Below, piece by piece: positions 18,213-29,200 of a stretch of DNA of 64,000 nt. Within the stretch, counting starts at the first letter, position 1, and every line of letters begins with the position of its first letter. A program made the position numbers and the translations under genes. The notes under the pieces were generated by a model that was given only the letters and a program-made list of their open reading frames with translations, ran no database searches and was not told where the DNA came from. Location: the NCBI GenBank assembly GCA_965213705.1, contig OZ243913.1, forward strand, positions 2,048,001 to 2,112,000, written 5' to 3'. The DNA comes from Trueperaceae bacterium (lineage in GTDB: Bacteria; Deinococcota; Deinococci; Deinococcales; Trueperaceae).

Positions 18213-19349
18213 TTACGCTTCTGCGAAAGCGCGGCAACGCGCCACCGCTTCGGCAAAGTGCGCGGCGGCTTTTGTCAGCACGCCCTCGCTCAGCCCGTAG
18301 CCGAGCGAAAACCGCACGCTCGCTTTGGCCGCTTCGCGGGACAGGCCCATCGCCGTGAGGACGTGGCTCGGCTCTATACTGCCCGCCGCGCACGCCGACC
18401 CGGCGCTGACAAAAAGGCCGAGCGCGTCTAGGTTCATGAGCAACGCCTCGCCGTCCACGCCACGCACGAAAACGTTGCTGTGCTTGGGGCCGCGCGGCGC
18501 GCCCGCACCGTTGACGCTCACGCCGTTGACGCTCAGCAACTTGCGCTCGAACCCGTCTCGCAACGTTCTCAAGGCGCGGGCCTCATTCAAACGCCCTCCG
18601 GCCAGTTCCGCCGCGCGGCCCAGCCCGACGATGCCCGGCACAGGGTGCGTACCCGCCCGCAAACCGCGCTCTTGTTCGCCGCCGTAGAGAATAGGCGAGA
18701 GGTCCAGCCCCTCCCGCACATAAAGCGCCCCCACCCCTTTGGGGCCGTAGACTTTGTGACCCGAGACGCTCAATAGGTCGACACCCCACTCGTCGACGTT
18801 CACCTCTTCGAACCCGAAAGCCTGTACGGCGTCGCAGAAAAAGAGGGTGTCCGTGCCTCGCAACAGGTCGCCGACGGCGGCAACGTCGGTGCGCACGCCG
18901 GTTTCGTTGTTGACCGCCATGAGCGCCACGAGCAGGGTGTCGTCGCGGAGCACCTCGGCGACTTGGCCTACCGAGACTTCGCCACGCTCGTTCGGTGCCA
19001 AATACGTGACGTCGTACCCTTGGGTTTCCAAAACCCGGCAGGTGCTCAGCACCGCCGCGTGCTCTATGCGGCTCGTGACGAGGTGACCGCCCGGACGTTG
19101 CGCGGCGGCCCCCCGGATAGCCTGGTTGTCGGCCTCGGTCGCGCCGGAGGTAAAGATGATTTCTTTGGGCCGCGCCCCGAGCGCCGCGGCGACCTGGTCG
19201 CGTGCGGTCGCAACGGCTTTTCTGGCGGCCTGCCCGGGCCGGTGCAAGCTCGAGGGATTGCCGTAAACCTCTCTAAAAAAAGGCAGCATCGCCTCTAAAA
19301 CGCGCGGGTCGAGCGGTGTGGTGGCGGCGTAGTCAAGGTAGAGTTCCAT
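18213..19349 (-). CDS. iscS: Cysteine desulfurase (IscS/NifS type)
   Basis: YLDYAATTP, GNPSS, FTSGATE, SGHKVYGPKG, SAGSAC. Confidence 0.93.
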   Translation of the reverse strand: MELYLDYAATTPLDPRVLEAMLPFFREVYGNPSSLHRPGQAARKAVATARDQVAAALGARPKEIIFTSGATEADNQAIRGAAAQRPGGHLVTSRIEHAAVLSTCRVLETQGYDVTYLAPNERGEVSVGQVAEVLRDDTLLVALMAVNNETGVRTDVAAVGDLLRGTDTLFFCDAVQAFGFEEVNVDEWGVDLLSVSGHKVYGPKGVGALYVREGLDLSPILYGGEQERGLRAGTHPVPGIVGLGRAAELAGGRLNEARALRTLRDGFERKLLSVNGVSVNGAGAPRGPKHSNVFVRGVDGEALLMNLDALGLFVSAGSACAAGSIEPSHVLTAMGLSREAAKASVRFSLGYGLSEGVLTKAAAHFAEAVARCRAFAEA

Positions 19350-19404
19350 TTTCAACCTCGGCGCATCCCGTCCCGGGCGGGAAGGTGGGTGCGTTTGCTT
19401 TCTA

Positions 19405-19438
19405 CTCGGTACTTGTTACTCCGTACTCGGCGCTTTTC
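19405..19438. repeat. Heptamer tandem repeat (ACTCGGT-like)
   Basis: actcggt acttgtt actccgt actcggc; a similar array lies at 26201-26235. Confidence 0.6.
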
Positions 19439-19486
19439 ACGGTCCCGCTCCCGGCTCGTCGCGTCCAGTATTTGGGGCCGCAAAAG

Positions 19487-19933
19487 CTAGTTGGCCGCGA
19501 AGTGTTCGGGCAGCGCCTCGAGCTGCAACAAACCTCGCTCGGCTACTAGGTCGGCCAAGGTGGTCGAGCGCAGCACTTCGCGCACGGCGGTGTCCACACG
19601 CCGCCACAAGCCTTCGGTCGAGCAGTTGCCGGTGCGCTCGCAAGTTTCTTCGTCGTCGATACAGGTGACGGGGGCCAGGCTGCCTTCTAGCAGTTCGACA
19701 ATCTCGAGCGCGTCTATTTTGTCCAGCGCCCTGGTGACCCGGTAGCCGCCGTGCGCCCCGCGCAACGCCTCGACGTAACCGGCGCGGCGCAGCACCGCGA
19801 CAATCTGCTCCAAGTAAGGCTGACTGATGAGCTGCCGTTCGGCGACTGTTTTTAAGCTCACCGGCTCGTTGCCGCTTAAAGCAATCTCGACCAGGGCGCG
19901 CATTCCGTACTGCGCTTTAGTTGAAATCCACAA
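19487..19933 (-). CDS. Rrf2 family regulator (IscR-like, three Cys)
   Basis: STKAQYGMRAL, YLEQI, RGAHGGY, C-x6-C-x5-C; lies upstream of iscS. Confidence 0.9.
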   Translation of the reverse strand: MWISTKAQYGMRALVEIALSGNEPVSLKTVAERQLISQPYLEQIVAVLRRAGYVEALRGAHGGYRVTRALDKIDALEIVELLEGSLAPVTCIDDEETCERTGNCSTEGLWRRVDTAVREVLRSTTLADLVAERGLLQLEALPEHFAAN

Positions 19934-20111
19934 GGTTCACCGCCGTAAACTGTCGCTCGTCTTAAGTGTAGCAGTTGTGTGTGGCAAGCCAGCCACACCC
20001 CGTCCCGACGTCAGTATAGCGAAGCCGGGGCGCAGGATACGCTTTTTACGGACATGGCTTTTGACGCGCCCTGGAAAACGGCTTTGCGCTTGCTTGTTTT
20101 GTTTAGTCTTC

Positions 20112-20221
20112 CGCGTGACATTGAGACAAATTGGTCTTGACCTTACCTCCCTTTTTAGGGGAGGTAAGGTCTGCTTCTGAACTTGCGCGTTGGTTACGTC
20201 TCAGTCCTCTTGGAACCGTTG
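20112..20221. repeat. Dispersed intergenic repeat family A, copy 2
   Basis: Matches 7191-7310; GACCTTACCTCCC-TTTTTAG-GGGAGGTAAGGTC hairpin. Confidence 0.85.
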
Positions 20222-20257
20222 GTTGATGCTTGCCGGACGTTCGCGGTTGGCAGTTTT

Positions 20258-20374
20258 AGAGGGATTTCACTACTACAGCTCGTAAACCTTGGAAGAGACT
20301 TTATCTTTATAGAAATCCGTATTTTTCTCGCTCTGCTCGCATTTAATCCCGAGGGAACCAAAAGGAAAGGGTAT
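20258..20374. repeat. Dispersed repeat family B (Deinococcus SNR/MITE-like), degenerate copy
   Basis: Matches 47084-47209 (CGTAAACCTT.GAAGAG, TCCGTATT, TCTCGCTCTGCTCGC.TTTAAT, AAAGGGTAT). Confidence 0.8.
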
Positions 20375-20470
20375 GAGTTGGCATCTGCAAACGACGGCGA
20401 AAGATGAAAAACGGTTTGGTCGTCGGCGTTCAGGGCGTGGCGCGGGGCTCACGCGTACGGCTGGGTTTTG

Positions 20471-20860
20471 TCAGGCGCTCGCTATGGCTTTGCGGGCGAG
20501 TTCGACGAGTTGGCTGGGCCGAAAGGGCAGCTTGAGTTGGGCGACGTCCAGGACGACCTCGCCGAACTCGCCGGCCGCTTCGCCACCCGCCAACTCGCCA
20601 CCGGTCAATTCGCCACTGGTCAACTCGCCACCCATCAAAAGGATGACCGGCACGGAGCGCGCGCCGAGGTTGGTCAAGCTGCCATACGTTTCAGTCGGCT
20701 GCTTGCCGACCACGATGAGGTCAACGCTGTGCCGTGAGACTTGCTCGCTCGAGCCTTCTCCGGTAGTGGTCGACACCACCTCGAACCCTTCTTGTTCGAA
20801 ACGGCTTTTGAGCAGCGCCAGCATGTGAGGTTCGGCGTCGACGAGTAGGATTCGTGGCAT
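20471..20860 (-). CDS. Atypical (pseudo) response-regulator receiver domain
   Basis: MPRILLVDAEPHM...GFEV...VDLIVVG...VPVILL...LPFRPSQL; phospho-Asp absent. Confidence 0.6.
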   Translation of the reverse strand: MPRILLVDAEPHMLALLKSRFEQEGFEVVSTTTGEGSSEQVSRHSVDLIVVGKQPTETYGSLTNLGARSVPVILLMGGELTSGELTGGELAGGEAAGEFGEVVLDVAQLKLPFRPSQLVELARKAIASA

Positions 20861-20950
20861 AGCGTTTTTTACTTTAGCGCGCCCTTTCGCCCCCGTCTGT
20901 GCAATTTGCCGAGCGCCCCGGCTGACGGCGCGACTCAAGTACGACCGCCG

Positions 20951-22039
20951 CTACTGCAAGTAGCCAAGCGGGTCGACGGTGCGGCCCTCAAAGCGGATTT
21001 CGAAGTGCAAGTGGGGTCCGGTGGACGCGCCCGTACTGCCCACCAACCCGAGCGGGTCGCCCTGTTCCAGCACCGACCCGACGCTCGTCAAAACTTGACT
21101 GAGGTGGCCGTAGCGCGTTTGGCTGCCGTCCGCATGTTCTACGAACACGACGTAGCCGTAAGCGCCGCCCCAACCCGCACGGCTCACCACACCCGCCCTG
21201 GCCGCGCCGACCGCCGTGCCGGGCGCGGCGGCGATGTCGACGCCGCCGTGAAACGTATTGCCGCCGACCGAGACGTTGCGCCGCCCATACCCGGAGCTGA
21301 CGCGGCCCTGCAAGGGCCAGCGAAAACCCGGAGGAGCTGGCTCGTAAGCGGCCAACAGCGCCCCGGCCCCTTCCAAAAGTTGGCGTTGCCGCGCCAAATG
21401 CACCTTGCGGGCGTCGGCCGGGGTGGGGGCCAAGGTGGGGACGGGGGTGTAGGCCGGGGCGGGTGTGGGCACGGGCGCCGCTACCACGGTAGGGATGAAC
21501 ACCCTTTGTCCCGCCGCGACGTAGCGCAGGTCGCCGAGCGCGTTGACCCGGCTGAGTTCGGCCGGACTGACGCCGTAGCGCAGCGCCACAGTTAAGACGC
21601 TTTCGCCGGTTGCCAGCGCGACGACCTCACCCTCGCCCGGCGGGACGAGTACGAGGGTGTCCACGGTGAGGCGGGCGTCGCTTGAGAGGTTGTCAAGCGC
21701 GGGGTTGGCGCGGCGCAACGTCGTTTCGGGCAGCCGGTAAGCAGCAGCCAAACCGCCCAGCGTGTCGCCCGCGACAACCCGGTGCTCGGCAACACCCACC
21801 TGCTCTCCCGGTACGCGCAACGTTTGACCGGCGAACAGCGCGGAGCTTGTCAAGCCGTTTAACTGCTTAAGGTCGGCGACCGACGTGTCGAACGCCTTGG
21901 CGATGGTCTCGAGGGTGTCGCCCGTCGAAATCACGTAAGTTTGACTGCCTTGCGCCGCCGCGAAAGCGCTCAGCACGACCCCCAACAGCAAGGCGGCTCG
22001 CCCTAAAAAGAGCCAGCCGCCTTTAGGCACTGCGTTCAC
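20951..22039 (-). CDS. LysM-repeat M23 metallopeptidase
   Basis: Signal peptide, three LysM-like repeats, HGGVD, YGHL, STGPHLHFE. Confidence 0.92.
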   Translation of the reverse strand: MNAVPKGGWLFLGRAALLLGVVLSAFAAAQGSQTYVISTGDTLETIAKAFDTSVADLKQLNGLTSSALFAGQTLRVPGEQVGVAEHRVVAGDTLGGLAAAYRLPETTLRRANPALDNLSSDARLTVDTLVLVPPGEGEVVALATGESVLTVALRYGVSPAELSRVNALGDLRYVAAGQRVFIPTVVAAPVPTPAPAYTPVPTLAPTPADARKVHLARQRQLLEGAGALLAAYEPAPPGFRWPLQGRVSSGYGRRNVSVGGNTFHGGVDIAAAPGTAVGAARAGVVSRAGWGGAYGYVVFVEHADGSQTRYGHLSQVLTSVGSVLEQGDPLGLVGSTGASTGPHLHFEIRFEGRTVDPLGYLQ

Positions 22040-22054
22040 GCGTTCAGGCTAGCA

Positions 22055-23842
<1,788 letters not shown>

Positions 23843-24221
23843 GCTCTCTCCCTCTTCTACAAGACGACGCTTCGAACAAAGCTCAACGCCCGGTTCCAAG
23901 CCGACGACTTGTGATGGTTCGGTATTTTTAAGTGGTTCACGAACATCCTTTACCACTGCAAAGGCATACTCAGGTTAGGTCGCACTCGCCCAAGAAAACT
24001 TTTCGAAACGTCTGCGGTTCACCCAGGGGGTAAAACCAGGTTGTCAGGGGAGAGTGCAGCAAGTGTGATTGACTGTTGAGTCGACTGCTGCGTCAAGTAT
24101 ATGCAAGTTTTAGCCCCCTTGTAAAGCGAGCTTGGACACGGCCTGGTTTTTTTCACTTTACAAAAAGACCTCGCGGGTCTATCCTGGTTGTAGCACCCCC
24201 GACCCTTACGGTCGGGGCGAA

Positions 24222-24580
24222 CAGGCGACGACGGGAACAGTAACTCGCCCGCACGGCGACAGCGAGCCGAGGACGGTGAAAGCTCGGCGGCACGGCGGCA
24301 AGCGAATATCCTCCCCGAGCCGTTTCCTGAACGGGGTCATTGGTATCATCAATGATTCATTGATGATACCAATGACCCCCACTAAGCGAAACCGCGAGCC
24401 GCGCGTGACAGCGGCGCACTCTCCGCACCGGCCTTGCGCCGTGCGGGCGGTGACGGAGGTCGGCGTTGTAAGGCGTCGGCGAAGTTGGGTGGCACCACGT
24501 TAAAGACACAAAGTGTCGCTGACGTCCCAACCTTAAAGCGTTCGCCCTATAGGGCGGCGTGGACGGGAGTCGGGACGTGC
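24222..24580 (+). ncRNA. T-box riboswitch with Ile (ATC) specifier
   Basis: Stem I landmarks (GA motif, AGTA, AGCGAG, GGTGAA, specifier loop GAAT-ATC at 24308-24310); T-box AAGTTGGGTGGCACCACG at 24482-24499; antiterminator GTTGGG/CCCAAC plus ACGT/ACGT; alternative ACGTCCC/GGGACGT helix. Confidence 0.9.
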
Positions 24581-26064
24581 GTTTACGTTTAACCCTTACT
24601 GTAGTGGCACTTTTGGTGGGCGCTTTGGTGAGCGCACAAGATTACCGGGAAACCTCATGTCCGCGCCTGCTCATCCTGGGCGAGACCGAGGGCGACACCG
24701 TCACTTGCGGCTTTTTGAGCGTGCCCGAGAGCCGGAGCCGTGAGAACTCGCCGACCGTAGAGCTTGCCGTCATGGTGTTGCACGCGCGCTCGAGCACGCC
24801 ACTGGCCGACCCGCTCCTGTTTTTACAGGGCGGCCCCGGCGGCGCGGCGCTCTCGACCGCCGAGCTGTGGCGGGCGTCCGTGTGGCGCGACACGCGCGAC
24901 ATCGTCTTGTTCGACCAGCGCGGGACGGGCTACTCGAGGCCGAACCTCAAATGCCCCGAGTTGTACCAGGACCTGTACGCCGGTTTGGACACCTGCCGGG
25001 CTCGTCTCGCCAGGGCGGGTGTCGACCTGCGCGCCTACAACAGCCGCGAAAACGCCGCCGACGTCGAAGCGTTGCGGCAGGCTCTGGGCGTCGAAGCCTG
25101 GAACCTCTACGGTGTCTCTTACGGCACGCGCCTCGCCCTCACCGTGCTGCGCGACCACCCCATAGGCGTGCGGAGCGTCGTGCTGGACTCGACCTACCCG
25201 CCGCAAGTGCGGCGTTTTGCCGAGTTCGGCGCGAACTTCGAGCGGGCGCTCAACCAAGTTTTTACAACCTGTGCGGCAGATGCCGCTTGTACCGCGGCGT
25301 TTCCCGACTTGAAGCGCAAGTTCAGCACCCGCATCTCGGTGGCGAACGGCATCCCGTTCGAACTGTTCGACGGCTTCGAGGTCGACGGCGACGACCTGCT
25401 GTCCCTCTACTTTCAGAGCATGTACAGCGAGGCGGTGCTGCCCAACCTGCCCTACAGCATGAGCAAACTTGCCGAGCGCGAGGTGGGCGACGCGCTGCTG
25501 CTGCTGAGCGGCGTCGTCAGCGGGGAAGAGGTGGACGCCGGGCGCGCGGGCGGCCTGGCGATTTATAGGGTGGTGCTCGAGGCCCTGCAGTGGTTCTGGC
25601 GCGAGGTCCAGTCCGAGGGCGTCTTTTTCTCGACCGAGTGCCAAGAGGACGTGTCTTTCGAACGCCTGAGCGACGTGACGGCGGCGTCGGAAAGTTTGAG
25701 CGCCGTCGTGCGTCACCTCGTCGAGACCACGGGCCGCGACATGTTCGACGACTGCCGCGCCTGGCGCGTGGGGCGCGGGGACACTGTTGAAAGTCAGGCC
25801 GTCGTCAGCGACGTGCCGACCCTCGTGCTGGCCGGCAGCTTCGACCCCATTACCCCGCCGAGCTGGGGCAAGTTGGCGGCCGAAACCTTGCAGAACAGCT
25901 TCTTTTTCGAGTTTCCCAACGCCGCCCACGGCGTCTTTCTGAGCGGTGACTGTCCGGTCGGGATGGTTCAGGACTTTTTGGACGCCCCCGAAAGTGAGCC
26001 TGATTCAGGGTGTATTGCAGACATCAAGCTCGAGTTTTACATCCCGGAAGCGAGCGGAAATTGA
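24577..26064 (+). CDS. Secreted alpha/beta hydrolase (TAP-like/S33 family)
   Basis: Signal peptide from GTG 24577; GGPG, DQRGTG, GVSYG nucleophile, FDPITPP, AAHG. Confidence 0.85.
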   Translation: MRLRLTLTVVALLVGALVSAQDYRETSCPRLLILGETEGDTVTCGFLSVPESRSRENSPTVELAVMVLHARSSTPLADPLLFLQGGPGGAALSTAELWRASVWRDTRDIVLFDQRGTGYSRPNLKCPELYQDLYAGLDTCRARLARAGVDLRAYNSRENAADVEALRQALGVEAWNLYGVSYGTRLALTVLRDHPIGVRSVVLDSTYPPQVRRFAEFGANFERALNQVFTTCAADAACTAAFPDLKRKFSTRISVANGIPFELFDGFEVDGDDLLSLYFQSMYSEAVLPNLPYSMSKLAEREVGDALLLLSGVVSGEEVDAGRAGGLAIYRVVLEALQWFWREVQSEGVFFSTECQEDVSFERLSDVTAASESLSAVVRHLVETTGRDMFDDCRAWRVGRGDTVESQAVVSDVPTLVLAGSFDPITPPSWGKLAAETLQNSFFFEFPNAAHGVFLSGDCPVGMVQDFLDAPESEPDSGCIADIKLEFYIPEASGN

Positions 26065-26106
26065 GTTTTTTTCGGTTTGGGTCCGTGCTGAGTGGGCCGC
26101 ACCAGA

Positions 26107-26146
26107 CCCCTCAGTCACTTCGTGACAGCTCCCCTGAAAGGGGAGC
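26107..26146. repeat. Double-hairpin REP-like palindromic element
   Basis: GTCAC-TTC-GTGAC followed by GCTCCCCT-GAA-AGGGGAGC. Confidence 0.55.
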
Positions 26147-26259
26147 GGGGGGCAAGGTCAAAGTGTGTCGCGGATTTCCAACCTGTTCTCAACGCTTTTG
26201 ACTCGGTACTTTCAACTCGGTCCTCGGTACTTTTTCCATCCTACCTTTGGGAGGTAGCC

Positions 26260-29200
26260 ATGTTCGACGAAGTTAGCGCCAACGTCAACTTTCCGGAATT
26301 GGAGCAGCGCGTCATAGAATTCTGGAACGCTTCGGACATTTTTAGAAAGTCCCTGCACAAAGACGCGCCGCAAGGTGATTACGTCTTCTACGAAGGCCCG
26401 CCGACCGCGAACGGGCGGCCCGGCGTTCACCACGTCATCTCGAGGGCGTTCAAAGACCTCTTTCCCCGTTTCAAGACGATGCAGGGCTACCACGTGGGCC
26501 GCAAGGGCGGCTGGGACACGCACGGCCTGCCGGTCGAGTTAGAAATTGAGAAAAAACTCGGCTTCAAGGGCAAAAAGGACATCGAGGACTTCGGCGTCGC
26601 CGAGTTCAACAAGCTCGCCAAAGCCTCGGCCTTCGAATACATCCAGGAGTGGAACGAGATGACCGAGCGCATCGGCTTCTGGCTCGACCTGGACGACGCT
26701 TACATCACCTACGAAAACGACTACATCGAGTCCTGCTGGTGGGTGATGAAGTCCTTGTGGGAGCGCGGATTGCTGTTCGAGGACTACAAGGTGACGATGC
26801 ACTGCCCGCGCTGCAACACGAGTTTGGCCGACCACGAAGTTTCGCAAGGCTTTGAGGACGACGTGGACGACCCTTCGGTGTACCCGAAGTTTCCGCTGCA
26901 CAAAGACAAGGTTGTAGCCAGTGGCTTGTGGCCTGTGGAGGACGGGCGGGACGTTTACATGATGGCCTGGACGACGACGCCCTGGACGTTGCCCGCGAAT
27001 ACTGCTCTGGCGGTCAAAGAAGACGCCGAGTACGGGCTGTTCGAAGCGCCTCGAGCGCATGGCTCTGAAGGAGATAAAGACCTCTACATCCTGGCGACGG
27101 CTTTGGCCGAGCGCGTTTTCGGTGAGGGCAACTACGAAACTCTCAAAACATTCCAGGGCGGCGAACTGGTCGGCCTCACCTACGACCCCATCCTGCAAGG
27201 CCGCGTGCCGGGTGGGGAGGACGTCTCGAAAGGTTTCCGCGTGCTCGCCGATGAGATGGTGAGCCTGGACGACGGCACGGGCGTGGTTCACTTAGCGCCC
27301 GCCTACGGCGACCTCGAACTTGGCACAACCTACGGTTTGCCGACGCTCTTCTCGGTCGATTTGGCGGGGGAAGTGTTTCCGGAGGTGCGGGCGCTACCCG
27401 GCGACCCGACCCCCGGCCCCTACACCGGCCAGTTTTTCAAAGAGGCGGACAAGGCGATTGCTAAAGACCTGCTCGAGCGCAACCTCCTCTACCGCGAAAC
27501 CCGCATCAAACACGCCTACCCGTTTTGTTGGCGCTGCCACACGGCGCTGCTTTACTACGCCAAAAGCTCCTGGTACGTCCGCACCACGGCGGTGAAAGAC
27601 AAGCTCCTGGCGAACAACCAAAAAATCGACTGGTACCCCGAGCACATCAAGGGAGGGCGCTTCGGCAAGTGGCTCGAGAACAACGTCGATTGGGCGCTCT
27701 CAAGAGAACGTTACTGGGGCGCGCCGCTGCCCGTTTGGGTGAGCGAGGACGGGCAGGAAAATCACTGCGTCGGAAGCGTGAGAGAGTTGGAAGAGTTGAC
27801 CGGGCAGGACTTTTCAGACCTCGAGCTGCACCGTCCTTATGTTGACGACATCACCTTCGAGAAAAACGGCAAAACCTTCCGCCGGCTGCCCTACACGGTC
27901 GACGTGTGGTTCGAGTCCGGCGCGATGCCCTACGCGCAGTGGCACTATCCGTTCGAAAACCGGGACAAGCTCGCCCCAAACTTTCCGGCGGATTACATCT
28001 GCGAGGCCATCGACCAAACGAGGGGCTGGTTTTACAGCCTCCACGCCATCGCCACGCTGCTGACCGACTCTGGCGCTGATGACGATGCTGGGGGACGTGA
28101 ACCGGGCGCGCTCGCCGCGGCGGGCGTGGCCGTGGACACCTCCTCGTTCAAAAACTGCATCGTGCTCGGGCATATCCTGGACGAAAACGGCGAGAAGATG
28201 TCGAAGTCCAAGGGGAACATCGTCAACCCGTGGGACGTCCTTAACGCCCAGGGGGCCGACGCGCTGAGGTGGTACTTGTACAGCTCGAGCCCGCCCGGTA
28301 ACTCGAAGCGGTTTTCGGAAAGCTTAGTTGACGAAACCTTGCGCGACTTTTTGCTGACGCTGTGGAACACTTACAGCTTTTTCGTCCTGTACGCCAACCT
28401 AGACAAACCGGACTTGAGTCGGGATGTTCCCGTAGCGGAGCGCAGCGAAATCGACCGTTGGCTCGTCGCCAAAACGAACACCCTCGTGCGGGATGTGACG
28501 GCGATGCTCGAGAACTACGACCCGACCGGGGCAACGAGGGCGATTCGCGACTTCGTGGTCGACGACCTTTCGAACTGGTACGTGCGCCGCAACCGCCGCC
28601 GCTTTTGGAAATCGGACACCGACACAGACAAGCTCGCCGCCTACACCTCACTTTATGAGGCCCTTGTTACCGTTGCGAAGTTGATGGCCCCGATGGCCCC
28701 GTTCGTAAGCGAAGAGCTGTACCGCAACCTCGTCTTGAATGTAGACAGCGCCGCGCCGGAGTCCGTCCACTTGGCACAGTGGCCGTCTTTCGACGCCGAC
28801 CTCATCAACGAAGCGCTGCTGCGCGACATGGGTGCGCTCGTGCGCGTGGTCGAACTCGGGCGGAGCGCGCGCAATGCGTCGGGAATTAAGACTCGGCAGC
28901 CCCTGAGTGAAGTGAAAATTGGGGCGCGGACTAATGAGTTGGTAGAAGGACTTCAACAGTTTGAACGGCAAATTGCTGAAGAACTTAATGTCAAAAACGT
29001 TGTTTTCTTGCTCACAACAGAAGATTCTATCGCGCGAAGCTACGTCGTTCGCCCCAATCTTCGCAAACTAGCTAAACGTCTTAAAAAGGGGAAGACTGTC
29101 CCAGCATTTCAAGAGTGGTTAAGGGCTTTAACACCAGAACAATTAAAGCTTCTTGCGATAAACATTCATAACGACTTTCCTTACACGTATAATTACATGC

